Under the pieces are notes generated by a model, which ran no database searches, was not told the DNA's origin, and saw nothing but the letters and a program-made list of their open reading frames with translations. Source: an uncultured virus (IMG/VR IMGVR_UViG_3300020056_000010) (lineage: Duplodnaviria; Heunggongvirae; Uroviricota; Caudoviricetes). From it: a stretch of 64,000 nucleotides of DNA. Below, piece after piece: positions 1-9,800 of the stretch; position 1 is the first letter of the stretch; the number at the start of each line of letters is the position of its first letter. The translations under genes were made by a program, and so were the position numbers. The stretch lies in IMG/VR virus record IMGVR_UViG_3300020056_000010; one strand, 5' to 3'.

Positions 1-3000
1 CTGTTGAAGGTGTATAAGTTACTGCAGTTGGCGTAAACTTGTCACCATCATTCTTGAGAATACCAATAATCTCATTAAATTTCTCATAAGCTTCTGCAGC
101 AAATACCGCAGAATTAGCTTGAGTCAACTCGTCTGTTGAAAAACGTAGTCTTTCATATGCAGCAATTGTTTCTTCTCTTTGTGCACCGATTACGTTCTTA
201 GCAGCTTTAAAGTAATATGCATTACCTGCTGTCACAGAGTTATAGTTTGTGTCAAGCATTGTGTCATACTTAACTGCTGGCAAGATAAACTCACGAACGT
301 CTCTCTTACACTTAGCAGAATCATATGCATAGAATTCTTCGTTATTATCCAACCAATCGATAAATTCTTCGATGATGAATTCACGGTTATCTTGTACAAC
401 TTCACGAGCTGCAGTTGCAGGAGCATTACCTGTATCGGTAAAGATAATGTTGTTTGCAAACTCTTCACCATTCTTAAGAATGTTAAGTGTTTCATCAATT
501 GATGTTGAGACTCTATCATTTACTTCTGTGTTTGCATTTCTAAAGATGTGCTCGATAGAATCTTTTAGATGCTCAATAGAACCAACTGTTTCATCAAGTT
601 GTTCATTTACAACAACATATGAAATTGGTGAGCGATAAGTAATACCGTTTAAACGACCCCAGTAGTTACCCTTGGTTGCAATGTCTAGTCCAGTGTTCTC
701 TACGATGATTCCAGTATCACGGAAACACTTGTCTGCATTATACCCTTGGTAGCCAAGACCTACATCAGAATTCAATGCAGAGGCCGGATGTGTAGTGTTT
801 GCAGTCAAGAAGTTAACCATGTCGTCAACGATTGCTTGTTTGTTCTCTGCAAGAGCGTCTGCAAAATCTGTATTAGAAAGTAACGCAATACCTTGACCTG
901 CTGAATCTTTAGGTGCTTCTGCAGGTTTAACAATTGTTGTTTTACCGCTGGCTCTCATTGAGATGTCACCGAACTGAGAACCTGAGTTGTTCAATGTAAC
1001 CTGACCACCATCAAGAGCGAAGAACGCCTGACGAGTAAAGATTGACAATGAACCAATACCGTTGATACCAGCACCGTTCTTAGCAACGTATCCTGTACCG
1101 TTTTGAGTACGAGGTGTAAAACCAAAACAAAGTAGGTATGTGTAAAGTGAGTCAGGATCTAGAACTGCTCTGTCCATAAGCGCACAACCGCCACCACGAC
1201 CAATTAGTCTGTTCGGGAAGTCGTCAATACCAAGTCTTACGACTTCAGCTGTACCGCCTCTTTGTGCAGTCAGGATGTCGCCTGGTTCTACATTACCTTT
1301 AAGGTTGCGAACGTGAACTGTATTAGGTAGATCATCAATATATGAAATAAAGCCTGTGGCACCACTTGAGAATACAACCTCATCATCAATCTCAAAGTTT
1401 GCTTGACCCACAACATTAGTGATATAGAATTCTTGTCCAAGGTCGTAGATTGTACCTTTTGAGTTGAATGGATTAAGTGGAGGTTCAACATCCAAGCGGT
1501 TGAAGTTTGAAAGCTGAGAGGAGTCTCTGATATATGGAGATCTTCTCATTAGAGCACCAGGACGATAAACGATAGCGAAACCACCCTCAGGATGATCGAA
1601 GTTATCGACCTCGAAGTTCATATATGAGAAACCTTGAACGTAACAACCTGATCCAACCTGAATACCGTTTGTTCTTTCCCAACCTGGCTTCTTCTGAATA
1701 ACTGTTGCATACTGACCAGCAGTTGATGTCATTGAGCAATCATCAGGAAGAGAGATTGGTTCATCGACATAATAAGTGCCTGGTCCGACCGAGATGTGTA
1801 CAGCGTTGTTAATATCGTTTCTATTATACGAACCACCGGCTTTCTCTAATGCAAGTTCTTCAGCTCTTTTCAATGTTTGTACTGGTCTTAGAAGTGTACC
1901 ATCATTGTCGTCGTCGCCGTCTGCTGAGACGTAAACCTTAAGAGCTTTTTCTGTTTTTCTTGAGAATTCGTCATAAAGTTGACGATAAGTCATTTGCTCT
2001 ACATCGCCGGTCTTAACATTTTTAAGAGCGAAATAACTATCTTCGTCGATAGGAGCTTCAAACTTTTTGGTTAGATCCATGTCAAAATCGACAAGCTTAG
2101 AATCGTCGATTGTTGAGTTAGAGATCAATGAATCTTCAACATTACCGTCTGTAAATGTAGATTTATTTTGTTGTAACTCAGTTGCAGCAGAATTGTTTAT
2201 AGTAATATTTTCTGCAACAGTATTTGTCATAGTACCTTGGAAAGCAGTGTTTGCAATCACTGAATTCTGTAATGTACTTTGGTCCATAGTTGTATTCGTA
2301 AATACGTTATTGTTACCAGTACCGTCTGAGAAATCTGAATTTACTATACTTGTGTTATTAGCAGTAGAATCATTTAGTTCTGAATTTGTAATAACAATAT
2401 TGTTTGCAGTTGTATCAAAGATATTTGAATTACTAATTGCAGTATCATAGACACTACCGTTAGCAAATATAGATCTAGTGATTACAACATTATCAAGATC
2501 TGTGTCGCGAATATCTGAGTTAGAGATAGCGACATCCCAGATCTGAGTATTACCATAGATCTCTGCATCAAAAATGTCACCGTTTGAGAAGTTCGTGGTG
2601 ACGATAGTTGAGTTAGACATAAACGCGTCTTCAAGAATAATCTCGTCGATGGTAATGTTTGTAAGAATAAGACCGTTAGCTGTACCTTGATCGATAGTAA
2701 CGTTATTATACTCTGAATCGTCAATAGTAGAATTTGTAAGAGTAACGTTGTTTCCTGTACCGTCATTAAACTGAGAACCAGTAATGACAGACTGAGACAT
2801 TGTTATGTTGTTAGCAGACGAGTTTGTAATTCTACCAAGATCGATAGTGGTATAGGTAAACACGTTGTTATTACCAGTACCATCTGAGAAATCAGAGTTT
2901 GCTATTTCAAGATTGACACCAATAGAGCCTTCAAGACTTCCGCCAATAAATCGGGTTGTTTCGATTCGTCCATTTGTGAATGTTGAAGTGTTGATAGTAA

Positions 3001-3217
3001 CACTTGTCAAAGTAGAATCTGACATAGATACGTTTCTAATAGTACCACCGGTGATGGTGATTCTATTAAAAATCTCGTACTGAATAGCTTGAACTAGTTC
3101 TTTACGGGTGATGTTCTTTGTGCCGTCATCACCTTGAATCAAGTTAACAATGACAAAGAGGTCTTCCGGTCTTGTATTGGCGCCGGTTATTGGACCTAAT
3201 TCTGAAATCTTTGACAT
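1..3217 (-). CDS. Large virion structural/tail-fibre-like protein; only the 5' part is present (runs off the left edge, >=1072 aa)
   Basis: Not in the ORF track because it has no stop inside the window. ATG at 3217 (MSKISELGPITGANTRPEDLFVIVNL...), and the frame reads open to position 1. N-terminal Asn/Ser/Thr-rich beta-helix-like repeats, then a VYVSADGDDDNDGT...VQTLKRA...ISVGPGTY pectin-lyase-like cap. Late promoter upstream. Confidence 0.8.
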   Translation of the reverse strand, partial: MSKISELGPITGANTRPEDLFVIVNLIQGDDGTKNITRKELVQAIQYEIFNRITITGGTIRNVSMSDSTLTSVTINTSTFTNGRIETTRFIGGSLEGSIGVNLEIANSDFSDGTGNNNVFTYTTIDLGRITNSSANNITMSQSVITGSQFNDGTGNNVTLTNSTIDDSEYNNVTIDQGTANGLILTNITIDEIILEDAFMSNSTIVTTNFSNGDIFDAEIYGNTQIWDVAISNSDIRDTDLDNVVITRSIFANGSVYDTAISNSNIFDTTANNIVITNSELNDSTANNTSIVNSDFSDGTGNNNVFTNTTMDQSTLQNSVIANTAFQGTMTNTVAENITINNSAATELQQNKSTFTDGNVEDSLISNSTIDDSKLVDFDMDLTKKFEAPIDEDSYFALKNVKTGDVEQMTYRQLYDEFSRKTEKALKVYVSADGDDDNDGTLLRPVQTLKRAEELALEKAGGSYNRNDINNAVHISVGPGTYYVDEPISLPDDCSMTSTAGQYATVIQKKPGWERTNGIQVGSGCYVQGFSYMNFEVDNFDHPEGGFAIVYRPGALMRRSPYIRDSSQLSNFNRLDVEPPLNPFNSKGTIYDLGQEFYITNVVGQANFEIDDEVVFSSGATGFISYIDDLPNTVHVRNLKGNVEPGDILTAQRGGTAEVVRLGIDDFPNRLIGRGGGCALMDRAVLDPDSLYTYLLCFGFTPRTQNGTGYVAKNGAGINGIGSLSIFTRQAFFALDGGQVTLNNSGSQFGDISMRASGKTTIVKPAEAPKDSAGQGIALLSNTDFADALAENKQAIVDDMVNFLTANTTHPASALNSDVGLGYQGYNADKCFRDTGIIVENTGLDIATKGNYWGRLNGITYRSPISYVVVNEQLDETVGSIEHLKDSIEHIFRNANTEVNDRVSTSIDETLNILKNGEEFANNIIFTDTGNAPATAAREVVQDNREFIIEEFIDWLDNNEEFYAYDSAKCKRDVREFILPAVKYDTMLDTNYNSVTAGNAYYFKAAKNVIGAQREETIAAYERLRFSTDELTQANSAVFAAEAYEKFNEIIGILKNDGDKFTPTAVTYTPST

Positions 3218-3253
3218 TCGGTTATACCCTTATAAGTCTGCTGTTTTTCTTTT

Positions 3254-3261
3254 TATTTATA
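3254..3261 (-). promoter_or_regulatory. T4-type late promoter TATAAATA
   Basis: Exact TATAAATA on the minus strand, about 37 nt upstream of the ATG at 3217. Confidence 0.65.
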
Positions 3262-3904
3262 AAACAATACCGTATCGTTCACCCGGAATCGATACAATAA
3301 AATAGCCTTGATCTTTTTCTGTTTTGTGACAAAATTGATGAGATATATCAGTTCTATCTTTCACAACATTATAAAGAGCTTCAGGTCCTCCCCAAACTGT
3401 CCAATCATCAGTAATATGTTCATAGTCCGTTCCAGAAGATTTTAAATTATTTTCTGAATCAAAATAATCTATCTTCATGATTCTTTGTTTTAAATTCATA
3501 TGATAATGTTTTTTACCTAATACATTACCTTGCTTATCTAAATAATATCCAGTTCCCCAGTGCCATTCTTTACCTAAATTGTCTGTAGGTTTATTATGAG
3601 TTGTAGTCACGTAAAGTCTCAGATTATCAGTAGTCAACGTACCTAAATCTATAGCAATCAAACCAGTTCGTGTTCCTTCAGGACCTGGCTCGTACAATCT
3701 TCTTGGTACTGAAAATCCATACTTTTCTAAAAAAGTATCAATGTCTTGTCTAATTTCTTCTGAGTTATTACGAATGTAAATTACAACCGAATGCACATCT
3801 TTGCGTCTAACAAATTCTAATGTAGTTAGGATGCTTATTGGAAATATATCTAATGCTTCATCTAGGATATCATAATAGCCTCTAAAAATATTTGAATCTA
3901 CCAT
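3257..3904 (-). CDS. Hypothetical protein
   Basis: 215-aa ORF translationally coupled (TAATG) to the upstream gene; no motif recognised. Confidence 0.7.
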   Translation of the reverse strand: MVDSNIFRGYYDILDEALDIFPISILTTLEFVRRKDVHSVVIYIRNNSEEIRQDIDTFLEKYGFSVPRRLYEPGPEGTRTGLIAIDLGTLTTDNLRLYVTTTHNKPTDNLGKEWHWGTGYYLDKQGNVLGKKHYHMNLKQRIMKIDYFDSENNLKSSGTDYEHITDDWTVWGGPEALYNVVKDRTDISHQFCHKTEKDQGYFIVSIPGERYGIVL

Positions 3905-5415
3905 TAGTTGCCCCCTGTCCCATTAGCCAAAACTAGTGTAATAGTTTGAGTTACATCTGTTGTGGGATAACCTATTCTTCTTATTTCAACAGAAATATCT
4001 GCAGATACATCTACTCCGTAATATGCAATACCTGCCGAGCCTGCGTTAGAAGGATCTGGATTTCCCCATGTTACTGCGACGTTAGTATCTAATGGAATCC
4101 ATGTGTTCCAAAGAGGATTACTTATAATGATCGAGCCCTGTGGCCCCGTAGAAAGAGTTGGAGTTTGCGGAGAGTTTACAGCAAGCGGAAGGTTCTGCAC
4201 AACATTACTGTAATTTAATCTTACCTCATAGCGGTCGCCATTTCCTGTACCAATGTCGTCTTGTAACCAGTCTATTACATCACCTAACGCAGGAACATTA
4301 CTTCCACCTATATTTGACAAGTTTTCAATAATTTTATCAGTTGTGCCGTCTGATCTAAGTTGGAAACCAAAACGACAGAAAGGACCTGTAGTAGTCGTAT
4401 TTGTTGCATTAAATCGCCACGTAGTATTAATACTATTTGCTGGAACAGGCTGATCTGTTGGCACACTAAATTTTGTTACTGAACCATTCTTTTCTATACG
4501 GAAACCAAAATAATATGATTGATTTCTTTCAGTATTACCACCAGTTGCAGGTGGGGTAAAGATTTGAGTAGCAGCACCCGTATCAAGGTCAAATTTTAAG
4601 TAGCCTGGATTTCCGTAACCGCCGTCGTGGTTACCTACAGCGAATGCTGGAGTTCCGCCTTTACCGAGTTGTACGACATAATCAACCTCTACATCAACAT
4701 CAACAGTACCGTTCCATCTTCCGCCATAAAAACCACCTTCACCGGCTTTACCCCACTCATCTGAGCCACCTCTATTGATAAGACCGAAGAACTCGTAGTT
4801 ATCTCCATTACCTTGGTCGCCGCCGCCACCGCCGCCACCTGCACCCCAGTGTCCCCAAGGTGCAGAGCCACCTGCAGTATTTCTAGCAGCTGCAGCCCCG
4901 CCTGCGCCGAATGGTGACGCTTCACCCGCTGTAGCATTCGCACTTGTAAACGCGTTGTTATTTCCTCCAAGACCAGATTGTGCTCCGGCTTTAGTATCAG
5001 TCTGGGCTACATCATCTCGTGTTACGTTAAACGCAGTGAGAAAATTCGCACGATCTATTTGTGATGGTACTACCCCGCCGTTTGCCGCTACTGCAGCATC
5101 AAAGGTTGACATAAGCATGATACCACTAGGCCCACCAGATCCAGCTCGACTTACAATATCAGAATTGTTTTCAAAACCAGAACCACCAGCACCGCCTCCG
5201 CCGTATGCTTCAAACGCTAGATTAATTATTCTTGTAGCGCCATAAAATTGGCTCATAGCAATAGGTTCGCCCTGCTGACCGATAGCAGAGTTTTGGTTTT
5301 TATTAGGTACTAAACCTCCTCCTCTAGCATATTCTGATAGAGAGTGCGGCTTAGTGCCGGTAAACTCGTTGGCGATGTCTTGAGTGTTAAGAGGGCCGGA
5401 AGTCTTGATAGCCAT
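3904..5415 (-). CDS. Glycine-rich tail fibre adhesin-like protein (gp38-like)
   Basis: N-terminus MAIKTSGPLNTQDIANEFTGTKPHSLSEY; several poly-Gly motifs (GGGGAGGSG, WGAGGGGGGGDQG); lies directly downstream of an S74-bearing fibre gene. Confidence 0.6.
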   Translation of the reverse strand: MAIKTSGPLNTQDIANEFTGTKPHSLSEYARGGGLVPNKNQNSAIGQQGEPIAMSQFYGATRIINLAFEAYGGGGAGGSGFENNSDIVSRAGSGGPSGIMLMSTFDAAVAANGGVVPSQIDRANFLTAFNVTRDDVAQTDTKAGAQSGLGGNNNAFTSANATAGEASPFGAGGAAAARNTAGGSAPWGHWGAGGGGGGGDQGNGDNYEFFGLINRGGSDEWGKAGEGGFYGGRWNGTVDVDVEVDYVVQLGKGGTPAFAVGNHDGGYGNPGYLKFDLDTGAATQIFTPPATGGNTERNQSYYFGFRIEKNGSVTKFSVPTDQPVPANSINTTWRFNATNTTTTGPFCRFGFQLRSDGTTDKIIENLSNIGGSNVPALGDVIDWLQDDIGTGNGDRYEVRLNYSNVVQNLPLAVNSPQTPTLSTGPQGSIIISNPLWNTWIPLDTNVAVTWGNPDPSNAGSAGIAYYGVDVSADISVEIRRIGYPTTDVTQTITLVLANGTGGN

Positions 5416-6660
5416 TTACTTCCCCACTTTTGCTGAGAGTTCCTTAATGGCTTCGATAAGTAGACCTACTAGATTACCATGTCGAACTGCATAAGTTTCT
5501 TCATTAGTATCAGGATTCACTGTTTTATATACAATGCCAGGTACGACTTTCTCAATTTCTTGAGCCATAACACCAGTCATCTCTTCACCCGGTCTACTCT
5601 TATAGTTAAACGTGTATCCGCCAAGTTGCAAAACTTTATCTAAAGCATTTTCAATTGGATTAATATTTTCTTTCATCGCGATATCTGAGATGTTTGCAAA
5701 AGCTGTAATATCTCCGCTGGCCTGTATTGTGCCCAGATTTGCGTCAGTGGCGTTGTTAACAACCAACGAACTAAATGTTACATTTGATCCTGTTCCTACT
5801 GCCTGACCAATATTAATTGGAACAACATCATTTACTGCAGCTCCAAATGTAACACCTGTTCCTGCTGAGAAAGAACCTTGTGCCCTTGCATTTGTAAAGT
5901 AAAGATTATCGGTACCTTCGTCTAACGCGTCAGTGTCGTGGTTAATAAGTGAGCTTACTGTACCTTGAACGTTGCCGAAGAAAGTCGCTGGAATATTTGC
6001 AGCAGGTCCACCATTTTCAAGTACTTTACCTGACCCGTTTCCGCCTGTTGGAGATGGATGATATACGTCTCCAGTAAGATCACCAGTTACGTTACCAATT
6101 ACGCTACCAGTAAAGGAACCAGAACCGCCTTGAGTTACGATATTATTTGCACTAAATGTTCCACGAACAGTAAGCGCATCTTCAATTACCACATCATCTC
6201 TTACGTATAGATCTACAACTTGAAGAGTGCCATTTGGTAGCAGTCTAAGTTTAGGATCTCCAGAACCTGTGTCTAATATAATAGCAGTGTTTACAGAATC
6301 TTCCATACCGAAAGTCCATGTGTCGGTATTATCTGTAAGTTCGATTCTAGGGCCACCTGCTGTATATTTCAGAACAAGTTGATTCTGATTTGTTGTAGCA
6401 TTCATTGTAATAGGATTGTGGAATGTAACGTTATTAGCAGAGTTATAAGCTCTTACGTGATCTGAAAAAAGTTCATCATTTGCTTTTAAATCTGTTGCTT
6501 CAAAAGTTCCCACAAGAGTAGCGTTACCCGTGGTGTCGTCACCGAGAGCAGATGCGGTTACTACTTCAGCTCTAAACAAATCTACCATTTCATTGGTTTT
6601 ATCAAACCAGTTTTGAAATGTTTGTGTAGTTGTAATGTTTGTAATACTTGATTTTGCCAT
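5416..6660 (-). CDS. Tail fibre protein with C-terminal intramolecular chaperone (peptidase S74)
   Basis: C-terminal SDIAMKENINPIENALDKVLQLGGYTFNYK...GVMAQEIEKVVP...LLIEAIKEL is the S74 auto-cleaving chaperone signature. Confidence 0.85.
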   Translation of the reverse strand: MAKSSITNITTTQTFQNWFDKTNEMVDLFRAEVVTASALGDDTTGNATLVGTFEATDLKANDELFSDHVRAYNSANNVTFHNPITMNATTNQNQLVLKYTAGGPRIELTDNTDTWTFGMEDSVNTAIILDTGSGDPKLRLLPNGTLQVVDLYVRDDVVIEDALTVRGTFSANNIVTQGGSGSFTGSVIGNVTGDLTGDVYHPSPTGGNGSGKVLENGGPAANIPATFFGNVQGTVSSLINHDTDALDEGTDNLYFTNARAQGSFSAGTGVTFGAAVNDVVPINIGQAVGTGSNVTFSSLVVNNATDANLGTIQASGDITAFANISDIAMKENINPIENALDKVLQLGGYTFNYKSRPGEEMTGVMAQEIEKVVPGIVYKTVNPDTNEETYAVRHGNLVGLLIEAIKELSAKVGK

Positions 6661-6846
6661 TTATCTGTTCTCTAATTGATCTAAGCGCTCATTTACTCTA
6701 ACGAGAGTTTCACGAACAACAACAAGTTCTTTTGTTAAGAGCTCAACTTTTCTATATAAAGCTCTTTCTTGTTTATATTTATTTAGCGCAGCTTTGTCTG
6801 TGTTTAAAACTGCGCCTGTTGATTGCTCTCGTTTTAGATGTATCAT
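6661..6846 (-). CDS. Small hypothetical coiled-coil protein
   Basis: 61-aa ORF abutting both neighbours in the structural operon. Confidence 0.65.
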   Translation of the reverse strand: MIHLKREQSTGAVLNTDKAALNKYKQERALYRKVELLTKELVVVRETLVRVNERLDQLENR

Positions 6847-9800
6847 GTTAACGCGATGCCTCTATAATCTTTTACCATAGGTACTTGATGGAGATCATCT
6901 GCAATAAGATCAATTCTAATTGCAAACTTTCTATATCCGCTAAAGTCTCCTTCAGTGCTTGTATATTCAAGAACTCCATTAGCATCTTTGTTCGCGTCGG
7001 CTACTTTATACTTGTACTCTCGATAATCTTTTTGATTAATCGCTGAACAATATACACCCACACCTTCTACCAATTCTAATTCAATCCAAGGTAGAGTATC
7101 AAAGTCTGCAGCGTCATATGTATTCTGCGGTCTGATATAAACTTTGATATCGGTGTTTGGTGGTCTGTAACCTGTAACAAAGATTTCCATATCTTCAGCA
7201 TCAAGATCTTCTGCCAACTCAATTCGTTTTGAGATATATTTAGAAGTATCTGCTGCAGTAGAAGCTGTCATATACTGATAAGCAATGGCAGCTGATAAGT
7301 CCATATCAACCATAGGTGTTGATGTAGAGTTTGAGCTATTCGACATTTCTACTGTAATATCAAATGGTTTCGATCTTGATGGATCATTTGATTTACTAAA
7401 GAGTGTTACACCTTGAGTAAATGTGTTATTATCACCGAATCTCATTGGAAGCTGATAAGTCGTGCTTGTATTAGCAGGAGGAACAAAAGTACCTTTAAGC
7501 TGTGTTCTTGTAATGCTGTCATTTGCTTTCATAACAATTGGTTGTATATAACTCAAGTTAATATCATCAATTGTAGCAATCGTTGCTGTAACACCAGATG
7601 CTAGTCCTATAATACTTCCTGCTGCAAACCCACGACTTGTTCTTGCTGAGCTTCCTTTAAGATGAAGTTCTGCTCTGTCAAGTTTATCGTAGTAAGAAAC
7701 TCTACCTACAACGATAGGCTCACCCGAAGCAACTGTAAAGTGAGCTGGTTTGTCTACAGTCATTTCAGTATTGCTGTTAACGCTTACGACTCTGAATATG
7801 TCTTTAGCCACGTTTCCAGAATCTTCCATTAGAACATAGTCATCGGCGGCATATGTATCACCGAGAACACCGGAATCCGCAGTTACAGTAGTACCACTAA
7901 TAGTCATTCCACTTACTGTAGCGCCTTGCTTAGGCTTGATCTGATAGACATACTCGTCTTGTACAAACTTACCATCCCAATCTGACAATGTAAAGAATTC
8001 ATGATCGTCATTTGTCATAGTAACAGAACCGACTGAAGCATTAAAGTCATGTCTGTGCAACTTAAACTTGATATCTTCGTCTTGGTAAGCACTCCAAGCT
8101 CTGTTGTTTGTAGATGTAAATAGAACACCATCACCCCAGTCTTGTACAACAGCCTGTCCATTTGTAGAACCAGATGTAAGATCAGCGCCACCAACTTTAG
8201 ATGTAAAGTGCAGATAGTTTGGATCGTTGGCATCAGGCATTAGAACAACACAGTATTCTTTCTCGATGTCCATTCTTACTGGAGCTGGGAAAGTTACTGT
8301 TGTAACCAGATCTGAAGTATCAGAAACATTTACTTCTGAGGCTAACAAATGTACTTTACCGAAAGGCAAGATTGTATTTGTTGGATAACCATTTTCCACT
8401 TCACGAAGCATAACAGTAATACCATTCGTTTCTGACTTTCTCTTAAAGTAAAGATCAATCTTTGAAACGAATACACTGTTAGATCCTTCACCCATACCTT
8501 TCTTGATAAAGAATGTCTGAGCAAGTGGATCCCCGTTGCCATTTCCTGGAGGATCAGCGGGTGGATCCGGGCGAGGTCTTCTTCTACGTGGCAGGTTGCG
8601 AGTTGTCGTTGTTTCATTATGGAAGAACTCTGCAGTTCTTGTAGAGGCAGTCATAGACTGAGCATCTATAGAAATATTATATGAGTTATATGAGATAGTA
8701 GCTCTAGATGTTGAACCTGAAGCAATACTTGAGTACTGATCAACGTCAACAATGTAGAGTACTCTTTCACCTACAAAGAATGTTTCTTCAGGAATACTAA
8801 ATACGGCTCTCAATACGCCGTTTTCGTCTGTAAGTACATCAGCACCTTTATTACCAAATGCTTGAATATCTCTTGTAGCATTTACTGCAGTACCTGGCGC
8901 AACGTCTTGATTAACGTCAATACCATCAAAGAAGAAATAATGTTTAGTGTTTGGTCTCAAACCAGATACAAAAATATTTACATCTCTTGCTCTAATAAAC
9001 GGCATGAATTGTACGTTAGAAACAAAGTCACCAACTCTTTGGTCGATAGTAGCGTTCTCTCGAGCTGCAATAGTAGAAACTGTACCTTCTTGAATTGGTG
9101 TTGGGAACCAGTCATTCGGGTTACCGATCTGAGTACTTCCAATAACGTCACCCCACTGAGTATCAGTAAGAGGAATATATCTTTGTAATCCTTCAACAAA
9201 GCTTGTAAACGGTGTTGCTAGATCGATATTCAAACGTGTTGGGTTTGTTACAGTATCATGAACCATATCATGTGATGGGAACAATTCTGCTGTACCGTTA
9301 AACGACCAGAAGTTACTTACGCAGTTTCTAAAGTTTGTTGCATAAGGCTGGTTAAGTAGCTCAACGTGCGCATTTCTTTCAAGCGTAGCAACATCAGCAT
9401 CTGCCGTATTCGGGAAGATAGTGGCATTCGTACTGGTTTTGTACTTTAGATCCATTGGAAAAGTTTTTACTGCAGGAGTAAGAATCTTTCTGTTAAAATG
9501 AATCGCTGCTTTGTAGTCAGTATCTTCTAGGTTAGCAAGAGAACTGTCGTTCATTGGATCTACAAGATAACCATTCTTAAATCTTGTCAATCCATTTTCA
9601 TCTAGAATTGTCATGTTCTCGACAGAAGATTCAAGCTGGCTCAAGCTGATATAGTACTCAAGTCCTTCAAGTCTTTTCTCAATCTTTTCGATATCTCTCA
9701 TTCTATAACGAGGAGTACCTTTTGATTTAGCACTTACAGCATACTCAAATTTTCTTTGGTTCGCGGCTTCATTAGGACTTAGAGCTGGATATCCAGGAAT

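Noticed and set aside
179..3083. Short ORFs listed in the track at the left end
   Set aside because: They are shadow ORFs on other frames or strands of the large minus-strand gene starting at 3217.
8520..8620. Intein/Hint insertion or frameshift at the Arg/Pro-rich patch (LPRRRRPRPDPPADPP) of the 1801-aa protein
   Set aside because: The frame is continuous and no intein N-terminal Cys or HN motif is present; it reads as a low-complexity linker.
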